NCBI GenBank assembly: GCA_963662465.1
Contig: OY759599.1
Coordinates: 2,688,001 to 2,752,000 of the forward strand
DNA length: 64,000 bases
Reading direction: 5' to 3'
Origin: Desulfatiglandales bacterium
GTDB taxonomy: Bacteria; Desulfobacterota; DSM-4660; Desulfatiglandales; Desulfatiglandaceae
Shown here: positions 10,301 to 18,608 of the stretch, one piece after another
Layout: each line of letters starts with the position of its first letter
Numbering within the stretch: position 1 is the stretch's first letter
The notes under the pieces: model-generated
Told to the model about the DNA's origin: nothing
Database searches by the model: none
The model's input: the letters and a program-made list of their open reading frames with translations, nothing else
Made by a program: the position numbers and the translations under genes

Positions 10301-10973
10301 CCAGAGTACTCTCCCCAGTGCGCCGACGGCAACGGCGGCCACCGGCGCCACGGGGACAGGCTTTGCCGCCAACTGGAACGTCGCGACGGGAGCTACGGGT
10401 TACAGACTGGATGTATCGACGGAAACCAATTTCAGCAGTTATGTCACGGGATATCAAAACAAGGATGTGGGAAATATGACCACCGCTTCGGTAACCGGAC
10501 TGATGCCCCTTACGAAATACTTCTACCGTGTGAGGGCTTATCATGCCGGCGGGGTGAGTGAAAATTCCAATACCATCAGTGTCACCACCACTTTCAATGC
10601 CCCGGTAGCAACAGCGGCCACAGCCGTAACTGAGAAAAGCTTTACCGCCAACTGGAACGTCGCGACGGGAGCTACGGGTTACAGACTGGATGTATCGACG
10701 GAAACCAATTTCAGCAGTTATGTCACGGGATATCAAAACAAGGATGTGGGAAATATGACCACCGCTTCGGTAACCGGACTGATGCCCCTTACGAAATACT
10801 TCTACCGTGTGAGGGCTTATCATGCCGGCGGGGTGAGTGGAAATTCCAATACCATTAATGTCACCACAGCAGTCCCTATTCCCACCCTGAATGAATGGGG
10901 TATGATCATCCTGGTGATGCTGATGATGGGTTCGACGCTTTTTGTCATGCGGCGAAAAAAGATGGAAGACTGA
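7329..10973 (+). CDS. giant surface protein, part 3 (FN3, six SdrD-B/Cna-B-like repeats, FN3, C-terminal IPTL-CTERM sorting signal)
   Basis: Six SG.VF.D.NG.G.QD..E.G..GV-type units; C-terminus VPIPTLNEWGMIILVMLMMGSTLFVMRRKK. The reading frame extends upstream to ~7173. Confidence 0.88.
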   Translation: MATNSTFTSYVSGYQNKDVGNVTTINVSGLSGGASYYYRVRAQNAIGAGENSNTINVGTGELPTQVSLVGPGTVNVGTVSTAFTLTSRDKNGDPVDVNQDTVFDLTSTSSAIYGFYRDSTGKLAITQVTITVGSQTTTFYYKDTASGTPTLTATHKSGMTLGAANHSITVQGGTVSGIVFDDLNGNGIQDTGEPGISGVTVKLLNSEGVVSKTDATNNDGSYRFTSVSAGIYTVEETDPAGYASTTGNRVTVSVSSNGSASANFGDQNQGTVSGTVFLDVNGSGIQDPNEPGISGVTMKLMNSEGGVSQTDITDNDGNYAFSGVSAGTYRVQETDPAGYTSTTNNIVPLSIISGGSAGANFGDKIQGTISGHVFLDINGSGIQNADEPGISGVTVKLLNSQGGVLKTDNTEANGSYGFTGVTSGAYKVQETDPAGYISTTDNTVPVSVTGSGGVTANFGDQESGTISGTVFSDINGDGIRNELEKGLGGVTVTLLVNGYMLSSTLTGGDGSYNFTGLSAGAYTIEETDPSGYGSTTDNSISVTVGSAAATASFGDIPLGTVSGVVFNDTNGNGRQDPNEKGIGGVTINLLDAQDALVETITTAGDGVYLFQNLSAGTYTVEEIYPSGYTGTTINRVTVTVGAQAAAESSVATANRGVAAANFGVLQQESVSGVVFNDTNSGGTQDSGENGVGGVLITLLDDKGSTVSGAHTAGDGTYGFYNLQPGDYDIEETYPTGYTGTTPRTVSVTVTDGGAATAGFGILQGDIPDQVTLEGPSSAALNQVSNVFTLTSKNSNGDISNVTSDTVFSLASNSTGAANFYSDAAATTVITQMTIFDGNNSASFYYKDTAPGNPTITATRTSGMNLGADTYQVTVNGSPNTQAGNIVFSNITGTGMKVAWTRGNGEKVLIVVHKGSAVDTNPVDNTAYTANATFGGGSEIGTGNFVVYKGTGTSVILTGLSAGWIYYVRAYEFNDIVDEVYNTNTAANNPNSQSTLPSAPTATAATGATGTGFAANWNVATGATGYRLDVSTETNFSSYVTGYQNKDVGNMTTASVTGLMPLTKYFYRVRAYHAGGVSENSNTISVTTTFNAPVATAATAVTEKSFTANWNVATGATGYRLDVSTETNFSSYVTGYQNKDVGNMTTASVTGLMPLTKYFYRVRAYHAGGVSGNSNTINVTTAVPIPTLNEWGMIILVMLMMGSTLFVMRRKKMED
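10366..10855 (+). repeat. near-identical 211-bp direct repeat (period 279 bp) encoding two FN3 domains
   Basis: 10366-10576 versus 10645-10855; I see one mismatch (A10561 vs G10840). Confidence 0.92.
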
Positions 10974-10996
10974 AGTCACCAAAAGGCTTTTTTCAT

Positions 10997-11322
10997 TTGA
11001 CAAACGAATCCTATAGGCCGGTTCTATCCAAAATCGCCAGGAGACTTTGGATTTCATTTGGAATAGTGGTAGTGGTGCTTATGGGATACAAACAGGGTAT
11101 TTCTCAGTTTGAAGATCGGAAAACGGTTATTGATTCAAAATCCCCGGATAGCGCAGCTATGTTTTATGTGGCCCTTGAAGGGGATGACCGGAACCCGGGA
11201 ACCATTTCAAAACCCTGGGGCACCATCCAACGGGCCGCACGTTCAGCAAAAGCCGGCGACACCGTTTTGATAAGGAAAGGTCTTTATGCCATCAAAGATC
11301 CCATCCGACCTGCCAATCAAGT
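10997..11322 (+). pseudogene. truncated 5' fragment of a secreted DUF1565/parallel beta-helix protein
   Basis: Hydrophobic anchor followed by FYVALEGDDRNPGTISKPWGTIQRAARSAKAGDTVLIRKGLY, the typical beta-helix N-terminal cap. The frame then runs into the 3' end of the convergent dynamin gene. Confidence 0.6.
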
Positions 11323-11331
11323 GCATTCATT

Positions 11332-12873
11332 TTATTCTCCTTTTTCCGACAACCCCGTTTTCACGGGTTCGCCAACGACCTCGGAATACACTTCCTGTTC
11401 CTCAACCGCCGTTTCCGTGGGAGCAGCTTCTTCCGGCGCTTTTCCGGCGGGGTTGGCATAAACATCATTGAGTTTCTGCACATACCCATTGGCATCGGAT
11501 GCCACCTTCGCCAGCCGGGCCAGATTCCGGCGACCCCATCCGGCGGGCTTTCGCCGGAAAATACTGCGCCACCAGAAAGTGTTTTTGGTGAAGGCACGAA
11601 TATAGTTTTCGTGAGTCTCCTTCTCTTCAATCCCGGCCAGTATTTTTCGGGTCGCCTTCCCTTCTGCCCACCTGCGAATACGAAAATGGATATAAATGGC
11701 CACGGCTGCCAGAAACCCTGCCAGGCTCCATTTTCCCCAGGGATTTGACATTACGGTCTCCATATAAGGCAATCGCAGGGAAAACCCGTTCCAATAGCCG
11801 CCCCAAAGGGTAACAGCCAGAAAACACGCCAGCAAAAGCCCGAAAACAATACCGTCCAGCCAACACACACGGGCCCGCCAGTTTTCAAGGAATGCCTGGA
11901 TGCGGGGCGCCGCCTCCTTTTCCAGCATGCGGGCACGCTGTCCCAACATGCCCACGATACGGTACGCTCTCGCCACACGGACTTCCTCGATTCTCTCATG
12001 AATTCGAGCAACATCTTCATCCCGTTTGCGCAAAAAACGTTTCCGCAGGCTTTCGTCCTCAATGGGCATGCCGGCATCCGGATCATAGATGGTAAAGCAT
12101 CGCCCCGCGGTCATCCCCTTTTGCGCCAGTGCCCGCTGCCACGCGGCAAAGACCTGTTCAGGGTTGTCTTCCCGGGCCGTCATATCGATCTGATTGAGAA
12201 TATAGAGAAATTTGTTCGAATCATTTCTGTGAATCGTCCCCTTTACAAGGGTTTCAAGGGTATCACTCATGGAACCCGACTCCGGGTGCCGAGCATCAAA
12301 AAAAACCAGCACCAGATCGGACAAAGCCATAATATGGTTGGTTATTTTCAACGTCGCCGTTCGCTGGGCGTCGGCGTCGAATCCGGGAGAATCAATGATG
12401 ATCTTGCCCCGAAGCTTTTCACTGGGGCAGGTCTTCAGCTGCAAATAGGCATCCAGCCGTTGGCCTTCGCCGGGAGTCGCCCCGTCGATGGCCTCGGTGA
12501 TCCGATACAAGGGAAATCGAGGGTCCGCATCCAGGGCAAGCCCCGGGAGCTGTCGGACCCTGTCTTCATCACTGAAACAAATCACCGTAAATTTGTTGTC
12601 CACCGCCTGGTTTCCGGTGGCCTGCAGTTTGTAATTCAGGTACCGATTGATAAAGGTGGATTTTCCCGAGGAATAAACCCCGAGTACCGATATAAGGGGC
12701 CACCAGGGCACGCTGAAGGCATGGGATTGTTCTTTCGTAAAAAGGCCCATCTGCCGACTCACCAGATCCAGTTCTTTGAAACTCCTGACCACTTCCACCA
12801 ACACGGGGTTTTCCTGCTCCAGGTGCTGTTCCAGGCTTTTGATGCGGTGCTTAAGGGGATTTGATTCAACCAT
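11332..12873 (-). CDS. dynamin-family (EHD-like) P-loop NTPase with two C-terminal transmembrane helices
   Basis: G1 GVYSSGKST, G3 DSPG, G4-like NQID, LVFFDARH; hydrophobic segments near aa 340-400. Confidence 0.85.
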   Translation of the reverse strand: MVESNPLKHRIKSLEQHLEQENPVLVEVVRSFKELDLVSRQMGLFTKEQSHAFSVPWWPLISVLGVYSSGKSTFINRYLNYKLQATGNQAVDNKFTVICFSDEDRVRQLPGLALDADPRFPLYRITEAIDGATPGEGQRLDAYLQLKTCPSEKLRGKIIIDSPGFDADAQRTATLKITNHIMALSDLVLVFFDARHPESGSMSDTLETLVKGTIHRNDSNKFLYILNQIDMTAREDNPEQVFAAWQRALAQKGMTAGRCFTIYDPDAGMPIEDESLRKRFLRKRDEDVARIHERIEEVRVARAYRIVGMLGQRARMLEKEAAPRIQAFLENWRARVCWLDGIVFGLLLACFLAVTLWGGYWNGFSLRLPYMETVMSNPWGKWSLAGFLAAVAIYIHFRIRRWAEGKATRKILAGIEEKETHENYIRAFTKNTFWWRSIFRRKPAGWGRRNLARLAKVASDANGYVQKLNDVYANPAGKAPEEAAPTETAVEEQEVYSEVVGEPVKTGLSEKGE

Positions 12874-12877
12874 TGCG

Positions 12878-12950
12878 ATATTTTTTTCCTTTTTTACTTA
12901 AAACTTAAAACTTAAAACCACGCCTGAACGGGCTTTTCATTCAGGCGCTA
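12878..12950 (-). mobile_element. truncated copy of MITE-like element (hairpin end plus TTTTAAG heptamers)
   Basis: Minus strand TAGCGCCTGAATGAAAAGCCCGTTCAGGCGTGG(TTTTAAG)3TAAAAAAGG, homologous to 55511-55622 and 60161-60305. Confidence 0.75.
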
Positions 12951-14189
12951 CATATGCTTATCGATATACACCGTCAGTTTTGCCAGGCTATACACATAGC
13001 TCCCGTATTCGTTGTCATACCACCCAAAAATCTTGGCGTGGGTCACCGGCAGTCTCACGTCATAGGCCTCCTTCATCCCGCATTGGATCAGCATCTCGGA
13101 CGGAATATGCAAGAATCCCGTACGCGTATGGGTGTCGTGCCCTTCCAGCACCACGGACGCCTGAAAACCGATGATATCCGCCGAAACATTCTGCTTTTCA
13201 CTGAAAACGAGCAACCCTTTCTGTGCGCCATTAGCGGCTTCTTTGTAAATATTATTCAGAAAATCACGATTCACCACCGGCGCCCCGGAATCGTTCATGG
13301 GAGAGGAAAAGGTCACATTCAAAACAATCAAAGACGCCGTATTGGTGGGTATCCGCACGGAATCCGCCATAAAACCGAATTTCCGGATCTCGGGCAGCAC
13401 CTGCTCAAGGGCCTTGGCCGCCCCCGTGGAGGTCAGGATAATATTGTTAAAAATGGAACGGTTTTTTCTCAGATCCTCGGCGCCTTTCTTGGGCGACGAA
13501 TCCAGAATGCTCTGGGTACTCGTGGCCGCATGGATGGTAGACATGGAAGCCGTCAGAATTTTGTTGGTTTCACTGTTTTCCAGCAGGGGCTTGATCATAT
13601 GACTCAGCCCGGTGGTGGTGCAACTTGCGGCGGAAATCACATGATGCCTGGCGGGATCAAAATCAAGATGGTTGATGCCGTAAATGAACATGCCGCTGTC
13701 TTCCGGCATTTTTCCGGCTTTGTCGGCGATTTTGGTGGGAGCGCTGATGATAACTTTTTCGGCGCCTGCCGCCAGATGCCCCCTCACGCTGGGCGTTTGG
13801 CTCCCCGAAGGCACGGTGGGATCTTTATGTGCCCCCGTACACTCCACCACCAATCGCACCCCGTACTGACGCCAGTTGATATCCTGGGGATTCCTGGCGG
13901 TTCTGAGAATCGTGACCGGCAGCCCGTCAACTTCAAGCAACCCTTTTTCGCTATCCAGAATTTTGATGTCAAAGGCGTTTTCGGAATACCCATACAAAAA
14001 CCGATTGAGGGTTCCATAGGTGGAATCTCTTGCAATGGTATGCACAACCGCCTCAAGCCCGGTCCCCACTTCTCTCCCGATATTCACGACAAATCCATCA
14101 AAATGTCGAAGCCGAATTTGTTCCCATAAGGTTAATTTGGCAATCCGACCCAGCCCATTAATTCCCAAAAGATTCTGATTATCAAACAT
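12948..14189 (-). CDS. gap: divergent glyceraldehyde-3-phosphate dehydrogenase-family protein
   Basis: GINGLGRI Rossmann motif, catalytic SAASCTTT, STGAAKA, RIPT and WYDNEYG; 413 aa with insertions. Confidence 0.85.
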   Translation of the reverse strand: MFDNQNLLGINGLGRIAKLTLWEQIRLRHFDGFVVNIGREVGTGLEAVVHTIARDSTYGTLNRFLYGYSENAFDIKILDSEKGLLEVDGLPVTILRTARNPQDINWRQYGVRLVVECTGAHKDPTVPSGSQTPSVRGHLAAGAEKVIISAPTKIADKAGKMPEDSGMFIYGINHLDFDPARHHVISAASCTTTGLSHMIKPLLENSETNKILTASMSTIHAATSTQSILDSSPKKGAEDLRKNRSIFNNIILTSTGAAKALEQVLPEIRKFGFMADSVRIPTNTASLIVLNVTFSSPMNDSGAPVVNRDFLNNIYKEAANGAQKGLLVFSEKQNVSADIIGFQASVVLEGHDTHTRTGFLHIPSEMLIQCGMKEAYDVRLPVTHAKIFGWYDNEYGSYVYSLAKLTVYIDKHM

Positions 14190-17100
14190 TAGGCACCTCC
14201 TTCACATACATTGGATGAATATTTGTTCCGCGTGTCATACACAATTTCAGTCGTTTTGATGGCATAACTGCCGCGATAGATATTCCCACGATGACCATCA
14301 ATTGAAATATCATCACCGACTTTGAAAAGGTTTTCGCCAATGGTACACTCCTTCTTCACGTCATTCACAAACAGATCCGCACAATTCACGATGCAGATTT
14401 TTCCGATTTTGGTGGCCGTCACAGCCGCATGGGACGTAACCCCTCCTCTGGCCGTGATCAAGCCGTCACATTTGAAAATCATGCCGATATCATCCGGAAC
14501 GGTATCGGGTCTTACCAGGATAGTCTTTTTTTCCGGATATTTTCCAGCAAAAAGCGCCAGATCATCATCGCCAAATGCCAGGATCCCACTGAGGGCCCCG
14601 CCACCGATACCGATGCCCCTGCCCACAAGGGCCATGTCTTCCATTTTGGGTTCAAACACTTTCACCAGGGTGTCGCACCGAATATTCTGACTGCGAACCT
14701 GGAGGATAAATAGATCTTCAGGTTTGTCGGACTCAAAAGTGAACTCGATTTCCTGATGGGCGAATCCAAGATTTTCAACCAGCTCCTTGGCGATGCCATA
14801 TAATCTCTTGTATATACCCGGAAAGGCCTCCTGAAGAGACGGGCCCTCCAGCCTTAATTGCTTCCGCTGGGTCTTACCCACCGGCAGCGAATGCACCAGA
14901 CCGGAAACGATGTCTTCCCCCTGGCTGCTTAAGTTGAAATCGCCAAACAGATGAACACCGGGCCGGCCGCGCGTCGGGTTGTGAGTAAACACCACGCCTG
15001 AACCCGATGTTTGGCTCCGGTTGCCGAAGACCATTTGCTGAACAATCACCGAAGTCCCCCAATCCTCGGATACCTTGAGGTGTTCACGATAAACCTTCGC
15101 CTGCTCATATAGCCAGGAATCAAACACAATGGAGATGGCCTTTTCCAATTGACGCATGGGATCCTGCTCAAACTCCTGGTTGTGCGCCTCAAGCACATTT
15201 TTGTAGGCAAACGCCACTTCCCTCATCTGCGCAACACTCAAACCGGTTTTGTATTGAACGTGGCATTTCCGTTTATGGTCGGAAATGACCTCGTCAAAGA
15301 CATCCCTTCGAATCGCATTGGCCATCCCCCAGTTTTGCAGCAGGCGACGGTAGGAATCCCATGCCGCCCATCCAAACCCCGGCTTCCTACTCAATGCTTC
15401 GGCAATGTCATCGTTCATGCCCACATTGACCAGCGTCACCATGGCGCCGGGCATGGAGACGGCAGCCCCGGATCTCACGGACAACAGAAGCGGGTTTTCG
15501 GGATTTCCGAATTCCCTGCCGCATATCTTTTCCAGCGCATGGATTTGAAACCTGATTTTTTCATCCAGTTCATCTTTCAACTGCGGATGTTTGTAGATGG
15601 CATGCCGTTCACGATATACCTCGGTGGTCAAGACAAATGCAGGCGGCACGGGAATGCCGGCCCCATACAGTTTTTTTAAAAAATATCCCTTTTCACCCAA
15701 AAATACCTTGTTGTCCATTTTGGGTGATCTTTGATCGAAAGGGCTCACAATCAAATCCGGGTTATACCGCATGATGCTGTTGATAATGTCAGGGCTGAAG
15801 TTGTCCACCATGTTGTGAAGCGTTTTCAAAATGCCGGTGATAAATCCATCAAATTTCTGCAAAAGAAAACAGTTGGATATCATTTCCCGGTTAAACTCTT
15901 CGGTTTTCTGCAAAAGGATTCTGTTTTTGTCTTCGGCGGAAAGGCCGGGCTCTTTCATGAAAAGTTGGGGGACAATCACATTCAGCGGGTATTCGTATGA
16001 TCGGATGAAATACTCATTGATGATTTCACGAATCCGTTCCGCCATAAATTCAAAAATATTGGTATATTGCCCCAGGCTGAAAGTGGAAGACGTCAGGCTG
16101 TATCGGAACATCTGAAGGTTGCTGTTAAACCCCTCGTTGCTGATGCCGTCAAGGGCCATGCCATCCTTGAAATATTCAAGAACCCTGTAAATGCGTTGGA
16201 GACTTGTGGCTGAAATATAGTTCAGATTGATATCATGGATGATGTTGTCCATCAAATGAGCGGCGACCCTTTCAAGCCTGAAAATAAGCCCCATGGCCTC
16301 AAATTTTTTTTCGCGGTAAATACCATACATGGACGGAATTCCGAAAGCCACATGCCGCTTATAATAAATGCTCTCCCATGCTTCGCTATGTTCGGGGTTT
16401 AAAATGATCTGCTTGAGGTTTTCTATAAACAGGAAAACCTTCCTCAACGCCCCTGAATGGTCCTTCTTCTCCATACAGATTTTAAAGTTCGATATCTCGT
16501 CATTGTTCAGGAAGCTGTATCGCTCCAGTATGGAAACAATATTGACGGTGTCAAAAGAATATTTTTCCCGCAGCAAGGCATACAAACGACAGATATGCAG
16601 AAACCTTTTTCGATCAACCTCATCTCCTTCCGGAACCGATGCCAACGCCTGCTCCAGGTCCCGGGGGTCCATATTCAGAAATTTTTCCGGTTTGCAATTC
16701 TGTTTCTCACAAAGGTCTTTCAGCAGGGTATGAATCGGCACAAACCATCTGCCCTTCAAATCAATGGAATCATACACATCCGTGGGAAATCCCCTTTGAA
16801 GGGTTTCCAAATTGCCATCGTACCAGAAACTGAATACTTTTCGGGTCAATTCAATGAGGGTATTGTTCCCTTCAATGTGGACCTGTTTTCTCAAAAAATG
16901 AACCAGTCGATCGTTTCGATGGGACAATTCATCCATGGCCGTGGTCACATGACGGATTTCCCCCTCGGCGCCGATCTCATTGAAATATACCGGAAAAATA
17001 GAGGAAAGCTGTTTTACTTTCTTATAAAAAGGTGAAACATTTGAATTCAGGATGTTGGTGATGTCCCGCTGAAAAAGATCCGTATCCGAGATATAAACGC

Positions 17101-18343
17101 CGCCCAGACGCAAATTAACGATAAGGGCTGAAAGCAGCTTCTCCGGAATGGAGGCGCCATATTTCAATATTTCAAGCCATACCCTGATATTTTTCAGATG
17201 GTTTTCATTGACGTGGGTTTTCCAGTCTTTGTCCACATAAACGATGCCCGGGAACTCAAATCCGAAGTCAATGAGTTTCTTTTCAAAATAATTGACGCGG
17301 AATTTATCCTCTGAATCGTCAATATCAATGATTTTTTTTCCGAGCGTGGCAATACAGTTCAGTATGGGAGAGGTATGATCACGCCGAAATACTTTGAACA
17401 TATCAAATATTTTGTCCAGAAACCCGAATATCTCGCTTAAATCGATTTCCCCCAGCACTCTTGCCAGCAGATAGTTGATATCGCGGATCAGGCGATCTTT
17501 CAGCCCGCTCATTCCGGGAAGATAGAGGAGATAGAAGGTATAGTAAAATTTTTCAATAAACTTGTCGAAGCTATCATTTAATTGCCTGAAATTATTTGCG
17601 ATATCACCATATGAAGGGATATCCTCAACCAGCGCGTCAAAGGTATCCGCCGCCTCTAGTTTTGCTTGAAGATCGGCAAAATATTCATGTCCGAGATTAG
17701 AGATGGCTTTTTGGTAGTCTTGATGGAAAATAGTTTGATTTTCAAGGTACCATTGTTCAATTCCGGTGGTTTCCCGCCAAAAATTGATATTGACGCCTAA
17801 AACATCCTTTGTTAATCCAAATATTTCGTTTTTAAAATCATCAAGATGTGCGGCCTTCCCGAGATGCTTTTTAAAAAACGCGGAACAGCAAATATAGATA
17901 TCACGATTTTTCACCAGGGTTTCTTTCAGCAACCGTATGCACGCTTCAACAATCCCTTTGTGTTTTCCCGGGAACTCCGTCAGCCGATCAATAAATTCCA
18001 CCAGGGTCCTGACAATGGTTTCCTTAAGTTTTGCATCGATACCGGACGATAAAAGTCCTCCCAGACTCTCAACCACCACCAGGAAAGCGTCATCCGAATT
18101 TTCCAGTTCCGAATAAAACCAGAAATCGTTGAGCGCAATGGTCCTGAGTTCCGCCACCACAAAAGCATGGTTCGCATAGGGGTGGTGGTATTCCGTCATG
18201 CACTTTTCAGCCCGCTCATGAATGCCGAAATGAGAACTGGAAAGATCGATAAATTCACGGTACCGTTTCGGCACATGAACTTTAATCTTCCGCGTTTCTT
18301 CTAAATTGACTTTCAGCGCTTCCGATTGAATTTTTTTCTCCAT
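14189..18343 (-). CDS. PPDK/PEP-synthase-like dikinase: ~870-aa unknown N-terminal region, ATP-grasp domain and phospho-His swivel domain; no pyruvate-binding barrel
   Basis: LGEKG..L, IPVPPAFVLTT, PLLLSVRSGA.VSMPG, VQQMVFGN, QGEDIVSG, IEFT..LFILQVR, RGGVTSHAAV. The protein ends shortly after the swivel domain. Confidence 0.88.
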   Translation of the reverse strand: MEKKIQSEALKVNLEETRKIKVHVPKRYREFIDLSSSHFGIHERAEKCMTEYHHPYANHAFVVAELRTIALNDFWFYSELENSDDAFLVVVESLGGLLSSGIDAKLKETIVRTLVEFIDRLTEFPGKHKGIVEACIRLLKETLVKNRDIYICCSAFFKKHLGKAAHLDDFKNEIFGLTKDVLGVNINFWRETTGIEQWYLENQTIFHQDYQKAISNLGHEYFADLQAKLEAADTFDALVEDIPSYGDIANNFRQLNDSFDKFIEKFYYTFYLLYLPGMSGLKDRLIRDINYLLARVLGEIDLSEIFGFLDKIFDMFKVFRRDHTSPILNCIATLGKKIIDIDDSEDKFRVNYFEKKLIDFGFEFPGIVYVDKDWKTHVNENHLKNIRVWLEILKYGASIPEKLLSALIVNLRLGGVYISDTDLFQRDITNILNSNVSPFYKKVKQLSSIFPVYFNEIGAEGEIRHVTTAMDELSHRNDRLVHFLRKQVHIEGNNTLIELTRKVFSFWYDGNLETLQRGFPTDVYDSIDLKGRWFVPIHTLLKDLCEKQNCKPEKFLNMDPRDLEQALASVPEGDEVDRKRFLHICRLYALLREKYSFDTVNIVSILERYSFLNNDEISNFKICMEKKDHSGALRKVFLFIENLKQIILNPEHSEAWESIYYKRHVAFGIPSMYGIYREKKFEAMGLIFRLERVAAHLMDNIIHDINLNYISATSLQRIYRVLEYFKDGMALDGISNEGFNSNLQMFRYSLTSSTFSLGQYTNIFEFMAERIREIINEYFIRSYEYPLNVIVPQLFMKEPGLSAEDKNRILLQKTEEFNREMISNCFLLQKFDGFITGILKTLHNMVDNFSPDIINSIMRYNPDLIVSPFDQRSPKMDNKVFLGEKGYFLKKLYGAGIPVPPAFVLTTEVYRERHAIYKHPQLKDELDEKIRFQIHALEKICGREFGNPENPLLLSVRSGAAVSMPGAMVTLVNVGMNDDIAEALSRKPGFGWAAWDSYRRLLQNWGMANAIRRDVFDEVISDHKRKCHVQYKTGLSVAQMREVAFAYKNVLEAHNQEFEQDPMRQLEKAISIVFDSWLYEQAKVYREHLKVSEDWGTSVIVQQMVFGNRSQTSGSGVVFTHNPTRGRPGVHLFGDFNLSSQGEDIVSGLVHSLPVGKTQRKQLRLEGPSLQEAFPGIYKRLYGIAKELVENLGFAHQEIEFTFESDKPEDLFILQVRSQNIRCDTLVKVFEPKMEDMALVGRGIGIGGGALSGILAFGDDDLALFAGKYPEKKTILVRPDTVPDDIGMIFKCDGLITARGGVTSHAAVTATKIGKICIVNCADLFVNDVKKECTIGENLFKVGDDISIDGHRGNIYRGSYAIKTTEIVYDTRNKYSSNVCEGGA

Positions 18344-18608
18344 ATTCTCCGCCCTGAATGAATTATTTTGCCTTGATCATCATCTCTAATTACAACTGCT
18401 GAAAAAAAAGTACAAGGGGGATATGGAAAAAAACCAAAAATGGGACCGATTAGTGATCACCCAGTGCTTCAACACAGGGACGTTTGAAAAATTATTCTTT
18501 TCAAAATCGCGCCGGATTGTGTATATGGAGGTAGCGTCAGGCAGGGAATCGAAAACAAAGCATATCAGGATCTGAAAACATCAGTTCCTTACAAACGGAG
18601 GTAAAAAA

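Noticed and set aside
10366..10855. Near-identical repeat pair as a DGR template/variable repeat
   Set aside because: Both copies are in-frame FN3 domains of one gene, there is only one mismatch, and no reverse transcriptase is present in the window.
10206..11057. 283-aa minus-strand ORF with an internal repeat
   Set aside because: The repeat simply mirrors the duplicated FN3 DNA on the opposite strand.
12954..14129. 391-aa + strand ORF (and similar long ORFs at 11998-12864, 25033-26025, 33487-34320, 40278-41213, 43876-44799, 55623-56423, 56822-57766, 62029-62928)
   Set aside because: Antisense shadows of well-supported genes; no recognisable motifs.
14189..18343. Calling this gene ppdK or ppsA
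   Set aside because: The pyruvate/PEP-binding C-terminal barrel motifs are absent, so the symbol is not justified.
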